From: an uncultured virus (IMG/VR IMGVR_UViG_3300029288_000003)
Taxonomy: Duplodnaviria; Heunggongvirae; Uroviricota; Caudoviricetes
Virus record (IMG/VR): IMGVR_UViG_3300029288_000003
Length of the DNA stretch: 64,000 nt
Direction: 5' to 3' (one strand)
Position numbers and translations under genes: made by a program. The stretch's first letter is position 1, and every line of letters starts with the position of its first letter. Of the stretch, positions 10,137 through 19,749 are shown piece after piece. The notes under the pieces were generated by a model. That model was not told the origin of the DNA, made no database searches, and was given only the letters and a program-made list of their open reading frames with translations.

Positions 10137-10699
10137 ACAGATTGTTTTATAATCGTGTTTATTTAGCTGGACCAATTGACTTAGCGCCTGATTTTGGAGT
10201 TGGGTGGCGTATAAGAATTCAAGAGGACTTGAAAGATTTGAATTTAATTTTTCTTGATCCTTGTCATAAACCAATGTTTCCTGGATATGAGTGTCCAGAT
10301 TTGGAAGATCATGTAGCTCGACAGCGTTTGAAAGAACGGGGTGACTGGGAAACTTTATCGAAACAAATGCGTGAGATACGTTGCATCGACCTTCGATTAT
10401 GTGATATTTGTGATTTTTCCATCGTGCATCTTGATATGAATGCCTACTCAACTGGTACAATGGAAGAATGGACAACTCTCAACCGACGTAAGGCACCAAT
10501 TCTTTTGCACATGGAACAAGGTTTACGAGCCGTTCCCGATTGGTTACGCGGCGTCCTTCCACCAGAAATGATGTTTGAACGCTGGTGTGATTTAACGGCG
10601 TATGTCAGACATATTGCTTATGATAGAGAAATTGATACATTAGGTCGATGGCGATTTTTTGATTGGTCACGACTCTATAAGATTCCTCAAGCACAATGA
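10133..10699 (+). CDS. nucleoside 2-deoxyribosyltransferase-like protein
   Basis: VYLAGPID, DP, D..CD, STGTMEE. Confidence 0.7.
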   Translation: MNRLFYNRVYLAGPIDLAPDFGVGWRIRIQEDLKDLNLIFLDPCHKPMFPGYECPDLEDHVARQRLKERGDWETLSKQMREIRCIDLRLCDICDFSIVHLDMNAYSTGTMEEWTTLNRRKAPILLHMEQGLRAVPDWLRGVLPPEMMFERWCDLTAYVRHIAYDREIDTLGRWRFFDWSRLYKIPQAQ

Positions 10700-11022
10700 A
10701 TGAACCACATTATATTTGCGGCTCCTCCCTTAGCGGTCTTATCGTTAATAAAATACTGGGCGATAATCAAGTTAGTTTAACTTGTCATCGAAGTATAGCA
10801 GTTTCTACCCAACGTGGGGATTTAACGTCGCCTATTACTACTTCTGAGTGGTGGTTGTATTGGCAGCATGGCACCCTTCTTATTGGGGATATGCCAGAGT
10901 ATGAAGCTCGTGAAGCCGCTGCGTTATTTGTATACCTCTATGGGCAGGGTATTCCTTATCCAATAGCCAGTGTAATCGCTATAGATGCGATAAACTGGCG
11001 TCTAAAATGCAAAAATCGTTGA
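10696..11022 (+). CDS. hypothetical protein
   Basis: ATGA overlap with upstream gene. Confidence 0.5.
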   Translation: MNEPHYICGSSLSGLIVNKILGDNQVSLTCHRSIAVSTQRGDLTSPITTSEWWLYWQHGTLLIGDMPEYEAREAAALFVYLYGQGIPYPIASVIAIDAINWRLKCKNR

Positions 11023-11030
11023 GTATCTGC

Positions 11031-11058
11031 TTGACAACGATAAAATTCATGCTAAAGT
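11031..11058 (+). promoter_or_regulatory. sigma70-type promoter, leaderless start at 11065
   Basis: TTGACA-N16-TAAAGT, ATG 6 nt downstream. Confidence 0.7.
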
Positions 11059-11064
11059 TGTAGT

Positions 11065-11601
11065 ATGAAGATACTCAAACGTCGTTTATCCAGTGGTTTC
11101 GTCAAGTATCCGAAAGATTTTGATAGGCGTATTATTGATGGAACCGCCCGGTTTCGTACAAAATGCGATATGCTTGTCGGACCTTGTGCTTGTGGAGGCG
11201 TTCATCAAGAACATGACGATTGGGTCCAACAGCTATTAGGGGATAATGACGCTGTTATTGAGCCATTGATGCTGGCCCCAGAAGAATCTGGAATCATACT
11301 CATCCCACGGTATTGGTTGAGGCCACGCGGCCACGAGCGTTGTACGGTATTGTCAGGACGATGTGCTTGTGGACGTAATCATACTGCCAACGAGCGCTGG
11401 GTTGTTGACTTGCTTGCGAGTCATGGGGCTAAACTTATTGGATGTAAAGAAGTAGATTTGCCGCCTGTAGGTGACGTGGCTAATGAAATAAACGAGTACG
11501 ATGATGCTGGTGGAGCGACTATTGGATGCCCGTGCGAAAATTGTCAGCATCGTAGACAAAATGCTCGATTCGGGCGACGATTAAATCGGAGTCAGATTTA
11601 A
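11065..11601 (+). CDS. protein with two tandem CxxxxGxCACGxxH metal-binding repeats
   Basis: Internal duplication CDMLVGPCACGGVH...WV / CTVLSGRCACGRNH...WV. Confidence 0.65.
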   Translation: MKILKRRLSSGFVKYPKDFDRRIIDGTARFRTKCDMLVGPCACGGVHQEHDDWVQQLLGDNDAVIEPLMLAPEESGIILIPRYWLRPRGHERCTVLSGRCACGRNHTANERWVVDLLASHGAKLIGCKEVDLPPVGDVANEINEYDDAGGATIGCPCENCQHRRQNARFGRRLNRSQI

Positions 11602-11903
11602 TGCGATTGCAAGAATTTATGGTTGAATATCCGCAAGATGTAAAGCGGATGAAAACACAAATTATTAGTATGACAAAAATTTTCAGCGTTCTTGAAATGA
11701 AGGACGGTGAGGTTTTTGTAGAAACTGAGGATACGGATGAAGAAGGGGTTACTACTATTGAAGTATTACGTAGTAGGGATAGAACCCACTTCACGATAGT
11801 ATGGCGTGAGCGTAAGGGGGTTGAGCATAATGAAATGCGATCATACCCCCGTGATAATCAATTCCCTCTTTTTAGTGTTGTAAGACTTAATGCCAGTATT
11901 TAG
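11601..11903 (+). CDS. hypothetical protein
   Basis: TAATG coupling. Confidence 0.55.
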   Translation: MRLQEFMVEYPQDVKRMKTQIISMTKIFSVLEMKDGEVFVETEDTDEEGVTTIEVLRSRDRTHFTIVWRERKGVEHNEMRSYPRDNQFPLFSVVRLNASI

Positions 11904-13194
11904 TAGAACATATCGTCGCCCGGCAAACCATGATCCACGACCAGTTTTTATGCGCCCGGATGCAGAAATCCGTCGTGAAGATGTGGTCTTTGAAACCGTA
12001 GATCGACATTTTGATATTAGTTGGGATCAGCCAACCGATGAAGTAGCCCTTATTTTTGATCGTGACCACCCGGAAAACAGACCAATTATGTGCCGGGCTA
12101 GTGCAGGAGATTTTGCGGCGATTGAGCGAGAAATTTATCGGCTGATGGATGAAGAACGTGCCAATGAGGACCGCCAACGCCATCATTCTTGGTTCCACGG
12201 CGTTGATGTGGGCCGTGATCCCCAGTTGATCGAACATACATTTTATGGCCCAGACTCTCATGCCGATCAATTTCATAGAGAGTACATGGCAGAACCGCTT
12301 GAAGAAGTCCCTGCGGTTACTCCTGGTTTGATTGAAGAACAGGAACGTCGAGCTAGGGACGATTACCGACGATTCATGGACAATTATATTGCCAATCGCC
12401 TTAATATACCATCGCCAACACAACCTGCCCCTAATGCTCAAAATCTAACGCCTGGGGCCGAAGTATTTTCGCATTGGGTGTCGGACGAATCCTCTAGTGT
12501 TAGCGGGTCGTTGGTACAGCAATTAGCTCGAATGGACCGTGATAGAGAGACTCAGAGGCAGCGAACACGTCGGAACCGTAATTATTTGACATGGATGCCA
12601 TATAGTAGCTATCGTAAGTGTGCAGCTTGTTTTGAAGATTCTGATCTAAAGCACATGCGAGTTAATATACTGCGAACATTACGATACCTTGAACGTAATT
12701 CTCGGCCAACACGGCACAAGGCGGTTGAACTGTGGCGCGGTTTTGAACAGTCACTAATTAGATATGGGATTGCAATTGCCTTAGAATGTCGTCAAAGAGG
12801 TTTTAGTGACACGTCATTAGTTACCTTACGATCAAAGTACCGGCACGGCTATAGTCAAAAGCCGGATTGGGTTTATTGGACCGACTTACAAGAATCACAT
12901 CGGGCCTATTTACTGTTACGTAATGAACGCCGATTTGCTGTTAAATTGTTAGGTCACTATGCTCGTCGAACAGTAACAGAATGGTGTAGTCATCGAGATT
13001 TCTGTCACAATATTGGAATCCGTGCCAAGCGTGAGTGGACGGTAGATGATATAAACACTATTCGTCATGTTATGGGGGATGTTAGTGGCGGAAATATAAA
13101 TCTTGTAAATGATAATTTTTATCGTCAGTATGGATGGACTCAAGAACCAACTGAGTCTTTCCGCTATCCACAGGATAATTTATGCTCAGCATAG
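11890..13194 (+). CDS. protein with C-terminal MSMEG_6728/pyrimidine-dimer glycosylase-like domain
   Basis: TWMPY...HKAVELWRGFEQSLIRYG...ECRQRGFSDT...PDW...ESHRAYLL resembles that family. Confidence 0.6.
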   Translation: MPVFSRTYRRPANHDPRPVFMRPDAEIRREDVVFETVDRHFDISWDQPTDEVALIFDRDHPENRPIMCRASAGDFAAIEREIYRLMDEERANEDRQRHHSWFHGVDVGRDPQLIEHTFYGPDSHADQFHREYMAEPLEEVPAVTPGLIEEQERRARDDYRRFMDNYIANRLNIPSPTQPAPNAQNLTPGAEVFSHWVSDESSSVSGSLVQQLARMDRDRETQRQRTRRNRNYLTWMPYSSYRKCAACFEDSDLKHMRVNILRTLRYLERNSRPTRHKAVELWRGFEQSLIRYGIAIALECRQRGFSDTSLVTLRSKYRHGYSQKPDWVYWTDLQESHRAYLLLRNERRFAVKLLGHYARRTVTEWCSHRDFCHNIGIRAKREWTVDDINTIRHVMGDVSGGNINLVNDNFYRQYGWTQEPTESFRYPQDNLCSA

Positions 13195-13574
13195 GAATGT
13201 TAGTCGAGTTTATTAAAGACCTTCGCGGGATAGTCCCTGAACCTGCGAGAAGTGAAATTGCTCATCGGCTGGGGGATTTAATTTCAAATGTTTTAAGAAA
13301 CGCCGATAATGATAATTACCGTCGGTGGGTGTCCGAAGATAGACTGCGATTTCTGCGGCATTGTGAGCTAGTCAATCTTGATCGTTGGGTGCCGGATGAT
13401 TTATATATTGAACCTACGGTATTGGCTGAATTTTGCAATCGGTGGATGAGTTGCAATCTCTTCAAAATTCGTAATGACCCCTCAGCAGAGTGGAAGCCAA
13501 TTACTCCCGAAATGAATGGATTACGTGTAACAATGATCGAGGAACTACGTTCACTTGACAAGGCGGGAAAATAG
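13182..13574 (+). CDS. hypothetical protein
   Basis: ORF tiling. Confidence 0.55.
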   Translation: MLSIGMLVEFIKDLRGIVPEPARSEIAHRLGDLISNVLRNADNDNYRRWVSEDRLRFLRHCELVNLDRWVPDDLYIEPTVLAEFCNRWMSCNLFKIRNDPSAEWKPITPEMNGLRVTMIEELRSLDKAGK

Positions 13575-13582
13575 TGTATAGT
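13555..13582 (+). promoter_or_regulatory. sigma70-type promoter for the GGPP paralog array
   Basis: TTGACA-N16-TATAGT. Confidence 0.7.
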
Positions 13583-13590
13583 TATGGTAT

Positions 13591-13944
13591 ATGACTTTAC
13601 CCGATTTAGTAACGCAGAAGTTAAGCGGGCTGTCCGCCCCAGCCGCTTACGATCTCTTAGCAGCCCTGGGACATGCCAATGTGTTCATTTATTTACAGGG
13701 GCAGCTAGTGGTGGTGAAGGATTGGGTCAAGGACGACGAAGTGGCATGGTTGCCAGCGAACAACACACCAGAGACCACCTTCTGGGGAGGTCCACCAACC
13801 AAATTGGGGTACTACCAAGGGAACCTTTACATATTGTTACTGGACAGGATTTACGATTACTTATTAACACACACTTTGGGCGAACTCTATCAGACGATGG
13901 GGATAACGCCGAAGCAAAGGACATTTCAATGGTTGTCCGCGTAA
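13591..13944 (+). CDS. GGPP-motif paralog 1
   Basis: FWGGPPTKLGYYQGNLYILLLD. Confidence 0.75.
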   Translation: MTLPDLVTQKLSGLSAPAAYDLLAALGHANVFIYLQGQLVVVKDWVKDDEVAWLPANNTPETTFWGGPPTKLGYYQGNLYILLLDRIYDYLLTHTLGELYQTMGITPKQRTFQWLSA

Positions 13945-14285
13945 CAAATAAAAATCCGACACTATACACCGCCCTACGTGAGAAGCTAAGCAAATTATCG
14001 GCAGCCCGCGCGGTTAATTACCTAAATTATAGTTTTGATGCGGGCTTTGAAGAAATAGAAATCAACGGAGTTAAATCAACGCCAGTAGCATTGATGAGTG
14101 ATTTGCCCGGATTGCAAACTGTATTGGCCTGTGAAGTTGCCCCTCTTTCATTTTGGGGTGGTCCCCCTGGGAAGCGAACTTGGTATGATGGCAGCCTTTT
14201 AACACTTCTAGCCGATCATATCATGCGAGCCGCCGATGCAGGCAATTTAGCATTGCTAGGGCGGTTTCTGAATCTAACAATATGA
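13929..14285 (+). CDS. GGPP-motif paralog 2
   Basis: FWGGPPGKRTWYDGSLLTLLAD; start reassigned to ATG 13929. Confidence 0.75.
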   Translation: MVVRVTNKNPTLYTALREKLSKLSAARAVNYLNYSFDAGFEEIEINGVKSTPVALMSDLPGLQTVLACEVAPLSFWGGPPGKRTWYDGSLLTLLADHIMRAADAGNLALLGRFLNLTI

Positions 14286-14641
14286 AAAAGAATCATTTGA
14301 AACAGGCCGAAGCATTAGTCGGCCATTTTAAGCCGATTGACTTGGACTGTGCTTATACATTGGCGTATGCCCTGGGGCATCAAGATACAGATGTACTCTT
14401 AATGACACCCAATGTGCGAACAACAGTGCGCCAGATTTATGCAGGAACGGCCCCTGGCTGTCCTGCGGATCGGATTCATATTCAATTTTATGGTGGTCCT
14501 GTGGGTCATGGGGCTTGGTATACTGGTACTATCTACAGTTTTATTTTAGATATTGTTGCCGCAAAGATTCAAATGGAAGGCTTTGAAAGGGTACGACAAT
14601 TATTGAGACTAAGACGCCAATCTGGATGTCCGCCATTCTAG
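14282..14641 (+). CDS. GGPP-motif paralog 3
   Basis: FYGGPVGHGAWYTGTIYSFILD. Confidence 0.75.
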   Translation: MKKNHLKQAEALVGHFKPIDLDCAYTLAYALGHQDTDVLLMTPNVRTTVRQIYAGTAPGCPADRIHIQFYGGPVGHGAWYTGTIYSFILDIVAAKIQMEGFERVRQLLRLRRQSGCPPF

Positions 14642-14988
14642 CAACTTTGTATTCATCGTTAGGTAATTTAACGGTGATTCAATTTGTACAGAATATGCGT
14701 GAATTGAATTCTATGGATGATACATTGACTATTCCTGCTTTCAAAGGTAATGGTCGCTGTTCAGTTTGGGAATTAGGTACTGTTTCATTTGGATTGGCAA
14801 AAGCCCGAACTATTCCATGTCGTTTTTATGGTGGACCGCCACATAATAGAGCAATGTATACTGGAACACTATTAACTATGTTTATTGATAGATTGCTTAC
14901 AACTGCTTTAGAACGTAATTTCAATGTAATCGACAAATTCGTCCCCGCTGAAATCCCTGATGGCCCAGCAATGGGTTGGATTGGTTGA
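14626..14988 (+). CDS. GGPP-motif paralog 4
   Basis: FYGGPPHNRAMYTGTLLTMFID. Confidence 0.75.
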   Translation: MSAILATLYSSLGNLTVIQFVQNMRELNSMDDTLTIPAFKGNGRCSVWELGTVSFGLAKARTIPCRFYGGPPHNRAMYTGTLLTMFIDRLLTTALERNFNVIDKFVPAEIPDGPAMGWIG

Positions 14989-15018
14989 CAATCTTCTTTT
15001 GTGTGCTATTATTAAGGT

Positions 15019-15366
15019 ATGGCGATTGACAGCAATCTTTTAAATGAACTTTCGGAAATAAGTGCAGAAGATGCCATCGAATTACTTTGCACTGAATTTG
15101 GTTTGGGTCGCTCTTGGATAACCTTTGTCAATACTCATAATAGAGCGGAAGTCAAATCATTTTTAGGCGCGATTTATTTACGTGGTATAGCGGCGGCGGA
15201 TGTTGGACCAATTGAATTTTGGGGTGGGCCTCCGACTCGAAAAGGGTATCAAAAAGGTACGCTATTAACTTATCTTTGTGACGCGATTCTTTTACACTGG
15301 GCAATCGAAGGTAATTACGCGGATATGGTTCAAGGAACACATGAAGATCAACTTTACGTTACTTAA
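15019..15366 (+). CDS. GGPP-motif paralog 5
   Basis: FWGGPPTRKGYQKGTLLTYLCD; own leaderless promoter 14985-15012. Confidence 0.75.
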   Translation: MAIDSNLLNELSEISAEDAIELLCTEFGLGRSWITFVNTHNRAEVKSFLGAIYLRGIAAADVGPIEFWGGPPTRKGYQKGTLLTYLCDAILLHWAIEGNYADMVQGTHEDQLYVT

Positions 15367-15670
15367 AAACCGTTTTGGTGACATATCCGCATTAGATGCT
15401 CTTGAACTGCTTTGTTGGACCTTTGGAGCAGATAAGGCATATATAACCGTTGATGGTATGCGTATGCCATTAGTCGATTTATATGATGATACTGGAATGT
15501 TTACTTGGAAAGCATCGGATGTTGACCTTCAATTTTATGGAGGACCGCCACCTGCAAAATGGTGGGATGGTACACTTTTAACTATGCTTCTGGATCATTT
15601 TCTCTATGCTTATTCTAAAAATGATTTGGTCAAGGTACATAAAGCCTTGAAAGTACATGCGACCGTTTGA
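15341..15670 (+). CDS. GGPP-motif paralog 6
   Basis: FYGGPPPAKWWDGTLLTMLLD; start reassigned to ATG 15341. Confidence 0.75.
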   Translation: MKINFTLLKNRFGDISALDALELLCWTFGADKAYITVDGMRMPLVDLYDDTGMFTWKASDVDLQFYGGPPPAKWWDGTLLTMLLDHFLYAYSKNDLVKVHKALKVHATV

Positions 15671-15998
15671 AGATTATCAACGTGAATTTGCAGATTTGTC
15701 AGCCGGTGACGCCATTACAATTCTGTCAGAAATGGGTGTGGAAAAAGATCGGATTATTATACAAAGCCCGTCGGGCAACGTAATGACAACGCCAATGAAA
15801 TTATGTTTCAAACTGCCTTATAATTACCCTGCCAGAGAGGTAGGACCAATTCAATTTTGTGGCGGTCCACCTGGACAATATAACTGGATCGAAGGCTCAT
15901 TAACTACAATGGTTATGGATCATGTTATGCACCATGATGCAACCGAAGAACAAAAATCTCGTCTTTATGGCACAAAAATTGCAGGGTTAGGCTGCTAA
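15657..15998 (+). CDS. GGPP-motif paralog 7
   Basis: FCGGPPGQYNWIEGSLTTMVMD. Confidence 0.75.
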   Translation: MRPFEDYQREFADLSAGDAITILSEMGVEKDRIIIQSPSGNVMTTPMKLCFKLPYNYPAREVGPIQFCGGPPGQYNWIEGSLTTMVMDHVMHHDATEEQKSRLYGTKIAGLGC

Positions 15999-16162
15999 AT
16001 GGGACACACATTTCGTCGAAACAGTGATTACGGGTATAAGCACGATTACCGTGAACGCAATGAGCGTAAGTTGAAGAAATACAACAAACGGTTGCGAAAA
16101 GTCACCAATCAAAAACGTATTACCTTCACTCCACCCCCACAAGAGGGACAGGAGTTAGTGTA

Positions 16163-16873
16163 ATGTGTCGTTATATATCAGTCAATAGTGGAATTGGAAG
16201 TTTTGATTTAGCTTTACAGAGACTTCATAGTTGGACACCAGCTTGTTATGTGGAAAAGAATACCAGAAACATTGAGACACTCATCCAGAGATTCCGCGAT
16301 GATACGATCCAAGATGCTCCAATCTGGGATGATTTCGCCACATTCGACGGGCGACCTTGGCGTGGATGCGTGGATTGCATTGCTGGCGTCGAATTGGCCG
16401 AAATTGACAGCGAATCCCGCGAGTGTTCTACAGCATCTTCAAATAAACTCATTAGTCTTACAAAAGAAGTGGAACCGAGCCACATCCTCTGGCAATTCTC
16501 ATCTGCGACTAAAGCGGAGGCAGTCGCAAGTGCGGATTATCTCGCCAACGGGCTTGAAATTCTTGGCTACCGCACGGCAATTCTCAAAGTGCGGTCGAGT
16601 GATTTGGGCGCTGACCATAGACGGACTAGATTGTTTGTCTGCGCAGAAATGGCGAACACCCAACCAGCAAATGGCGGGGAACGAATCGAGGAAATCGACG
16701 AACGCCTGTCAACACCTTGCCGAGCAACTAGGTGGACTTCCGCACCCCGAATTTGTCGAAGAACTGATGGGATTACCGATAGGATGGAGCGCCTTGACGC
16801 ACTTGGACGAAGCACGATACCGGCAATGGTCTCAGCGGTTTCGACGATTCTCGATGCAGGAATTGTGTTTTAA
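16163..16873 (+). CDS. C5-cytosine DNA methyltransferase-like alpha chain lacking the catalytic PC motif
   Basis: SGIGS (motif I), FDGRPWRG.VD, LGY, GADHRRTRLF (VIII), RLDALG (X); no PCQ or ENV. Confidence 0.65.
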   Translation: MCRYISVNSGIGSFDLALQRLHSWTPACYVEKNTRNIETLIQRFRDDTIQDAPIWDDFATFDGRPWRGCVDCIAGVELAEIDSESRECSTASSNKLISLTKEVEPSHILWQFSSATKAEAVASADYLANGLEILGYRTAILKVRSSDLGADHRRTRLFVCAEMANTQPANGGERIEEIDERLSTPCRATRWTSAPRICRRTDGITDRMERLDALGRSTIPAMVSAVSTILDAGIVF

Positions 16874-16907
16874 TGGACCAAACTGGGCAATAAATAGGCG
16901 GCACTAA
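16248..16907 (+). CDS. overlapping-frame C5-MTase beta-like chain (true start uncertain)
   Basis: LAEQLGGLPHPEFVEELMGLPIGWS = motif IX-type segment in the +1 frame. Confidence 0.55.
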   Translation: MWKRIPETLRHSSRDSAMIRSKMLQSGMISPHSTGDLGVDAWIALLASNWPKLTANPASVLQHLQINSLVLQKKWNRATSSGNSHLRLKRRQSQVRIISPTGLKFLATARQFSKCGRVIWALTIDGLDCLSAQKWRTPNQQMAGNESRKSTNACQHLAEQLGGLPHPEFVEELMGLPIGWSALTHLDEARYRQWSQRFRRFSMQELCFNGPNWAINRRH

Positions 16908-17230
16908 TGCGATGCGATCAATTTGCGGGATTACCTGATGATGCGGTAAAGTTTCTCAATGAGAATACGAAACCACCAATTATCTGCCCAACATGCAATT
17001 GTGTTCGACCAGTTCAAATAGATGTAGTTGGGCACTATGCGGGTATGTTTGGCGATAATTATGATTTGCACCGTCATAAGTTAAATGATGGTGGGTATGC
17101 GGACGAGTATGTACAGGCAGCACCCTGGTCTAGTGGGCCAGTATTTTTTATAGGGCTGCATGTGTATGATAAACATGGTGTTCTTAGGCATAGTTTTCTG
17201 TGGTCTGAGGACGAAATTTGCAATGCTTAG
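16907..17230 (+). CDS. hypothetical protein
   Basis: TAATG coupling; CPTC. Confidence 0.55.
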   Translation: MRCDQFAGLPDDAVKFLNENTKPPIICPTCNCVRPVQIDVVGHYAGMFGDNYDLHRHKLNDGGYADEYVQAAPWSSGPVFFIGLHVYDKHGVLRHSFLWSEDEICNA

Positions 17231-17708
17231 GAGGGTTTTATGATTCGTCGAGTTTTACAGCGTGTGTTGAAGATTGTTGGTCGTGTACTTCGATTAACGA
17301 CGGCGGTATTGACGTTCGCGTATGTAGTGCCGGTCATTTTAATCGGATATGTTTATGGACTGACGACGGCTAGTTTTAGATTGGGGCGCACGTTGTCTGC
17401 GGTGGCGGCAGCAACGGCAATTAACAAGGTATTTGAAAGGATACAGTAATGATTAGTTACACAGTTATTGTTGACACGAGAGAGGGTGATCGGTTTCGTG
17501 GGATTTATCCTACTGTTCCTACACGGGATCAAGTAATTGAGGGTATTCGTAGTAGTGGTACAGATGCAAAATCTGTCACTCGTCTCATTGCTCTTGTTAA
17601 GACGGCAAAGAATTGGCCTGACCGAATTGTTGCTCGTCGTGTCGAAGTTGTCCGCGTTGAGGCAACAATTATTGGAAAGATTGTTTTTGATGTACAGCGA
17701 GGTCGTTA

Positions 17709-18248
17709 ATGGGTCTTTTATTCAAGGATTATACTTGTCCTAAATGTGGTAAGACATTTAGAGCGTTTAAATTTGGAACGCCAAAGTGTCCTTATTGTAC
17801 CCCGATTGTAATTCCCAATTACGATATTATTGGGACTGTACCAACGGGCGGATTTTCTGATACGGCGTCTGGTTTGATTGAGGCGGGTAAGGTTTATTCA
17901 GGAGCGCATGTTTGTGAATCTGAGATTCATTCTGCTTTAATGGCAATGGCTACACGCCATGCTCAATATCAGGCCGCACATAAGACACAAGGCCATCAGC
18001 TTTTTGATGCGAGAGTGGCAGAGTTGCGAAAAACAATGACTAATCAGTCATTTGCAGAAATTTGTGCGGAGTCTTGGAAGGAACAGAAGAACGACACCAA
18101 GCGAGCATTAGGCGATGAAATGTTTAAGTGCTGGCGTCAATCTCCTGGTCACTGGTCCGTTGCCAGTAAAAAGCATAAATATTATGGCGCCGACATGGCA
18201 ATGGGTTCCAATGGTGTTTGGTATGCCTGTATTATTGTTGCAGATTAA
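17709..18248 (+). CDS. CAP/SCP-domain protein with N-terminal zinc ribbon
   Basis: CPKC/CPYC; A..HAQYQA...GH, AEICAESW, WRQSPGH, G.WY. Confidence 0.75.
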   Translation: MGLLFKDYTCPKCGKTFRAFKFGTPKCPYCTPIVIPNYDIIGTVPTGGFSDTASGLIEAGKVYSGAHVCESEIHSALMAMATRHAQYQAAHKTQGHQLFDARVAELRKTMTNQSFAEICAESWKEQKNDTKRALGDEMFKCWRQSPGHWSVASKKHKYYGADMAMGSNGVWYACIIVAD

Positions 18249-18665
18249 ATGAGATACTGGGTTGATGTTCGAGTAGGTTGTTGTGCTATCAGGGATTCCA
18301 GAATTTCTGGTGATGAACTGGATGTAATTTTAAATCCCAATCTACCCAGTGTTATTTACTTTTGGGCCGGGAGTACAAAGGTCGTTAAAACGGAACACGG
18401 TGAATATTTGACTCCCACCCATTGTCAAGTTCCAGAGGAAGAATTACTCTATGCACGGAAACTATGTGAGGAATTAAATGAGCAAGACAAAAACCACAGG
18501 ATGGCAGCGCACGATGCGATGGTTGGATGCTCCCGCACTAAAGCGTTGGTACAAAAAGTTTGTAAGTCGTCGGAATCGTCGCCAAGCAAAGGAAAAGACT
18601 AGACAAGGCGACGATGATTTTAGAGATAAACCACTTGATCCTTGGGCCATTGATTAGGAACTTTT

Positions 18666-19154
18666 ATGTCGATTGCTAGACAAGTTTTACAACGTCTTTA
18701 TGAGGCGACTAATGTAGGTTTAGCGGACCATGAGTTAGTTACCTTATGTCCGGCTATTTGTAGTGCCACAGTACGGGGAGCGCGAAAGGATTTAGAACGC
18801 AATGACTTATGTTCCCGTACTGGGCGAACATCCAGAACACCAACAGGATGCTATGGAGCGGTGTATGTGATAACTTCATTAGGTCGTCAGTATATTGAGT
18901 CTGGCAGAGAATTACCACCCAAACAATTCCCTGATACGGATGATTCAATTTTACGACGTATTGCACAGAAAATCAAACAAGGATATGATTTTCAGTGTGG
19001 TCGGATTGAGGGTGAAAAGAAATATTATGCTGGTTTCTTTGATAATACGGCTAAACGATGCGAAATTTGTGGCGCGCCTAGTTTGGAGCAAGATATTCTT
19101 GGTATTAGTGACTCCATTGAAACTGCAATCTTAAAGGCTTTAAACCATGACTGA
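18666..19154 (+). CDS. winged-helix-like DNA-binding protein
   Basis: GLAD.EL...SATVRGARKDL...TGRT...VYVIT.LG. Confidence 0.5.
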   Translation: MSIARQVLQRLYEATNVGLADHELVTLCPAICSATVRGARKDLERNDLCSRTGRTSRTPTGCYGAVYVITSLGRQYIESGRELPPKQFPDTDDSILRRIAQKIKQGYDFQCGRIEGEKKYYAGFFDNTAKRCEICGAPSLEQDILGISDSIETAILKALNHD

Positions 19155-19497
19155 TAGTTCTTTATTACGATGGTATGTCTATTTGTGGTTGGTTGATGTA
19201 GACGAACATCCTGAGTATTGTGGTAAGGGATGTGGCGACCGGGATGTAAGCCATCTTAAATTAGATATGAGTTGTCCATTCTGGCATAAACGGCTACAAT
19301 ATATTCTCGACCATAATATTCCAAATCGCGTGATACGCATTGAAACTTCCTTAACAAATGATGAAGCATTTGCTATTGAAGCAAAAACGATTTCTAAATA
19401 TGGTCGCATTATTGATGGTTCAGGAGTATTATATAATATTCACCCTGGCGGTCGCATTAGATGTCATACACGTTATGGAAGTAAAGAATTTTTTTGA
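19147..19497 (+). CDS. GIY-YIG (LEM-3-like) nuclease-domain protein
   Basis: YVY...YCGKG.GDR...EA..IE...YG...LYN. Confidence 0.6.
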   Translation: MTDSSLLRWYVYLWLVDVDEHPEYCGKGCGDRDVSHLKLDMSCPFWHKRLQYILDHNIPNRVIRIETSLTNDEAFAIEAKTISKYGRIIDGSGVLYNIHPGGRIRCHTRYGSKEFF

Positions 19498-19749
19498 TGA
19501 ATTAGCTGATTTATCAATTGAATTTGCCAGGGACGAGTTAATTAGGGCTGGGGTTTCGCCGGGGTCAGATGATTGGTTAGTTTTAGACAGCAAAAAAGAA
19601 CTCTTATGCAATATTGTTAAACGCTGTTATGCTGACCATGTGCCTGATTCCGATATGCACCCTTATCCGTATACTGATGAGTGGCTGTTAAAGTTGTGGG
19701 TGACACATAGAAAACGACCAGAAAATTATGCGCGAAAAGTAAAAAAAGT

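Noticed and set aside
13584..13928. N-terminal extension of the 233-aa ORF
   Set aside because: Overlaps paralog 1 in another frame; family alignment supports the start at 13929
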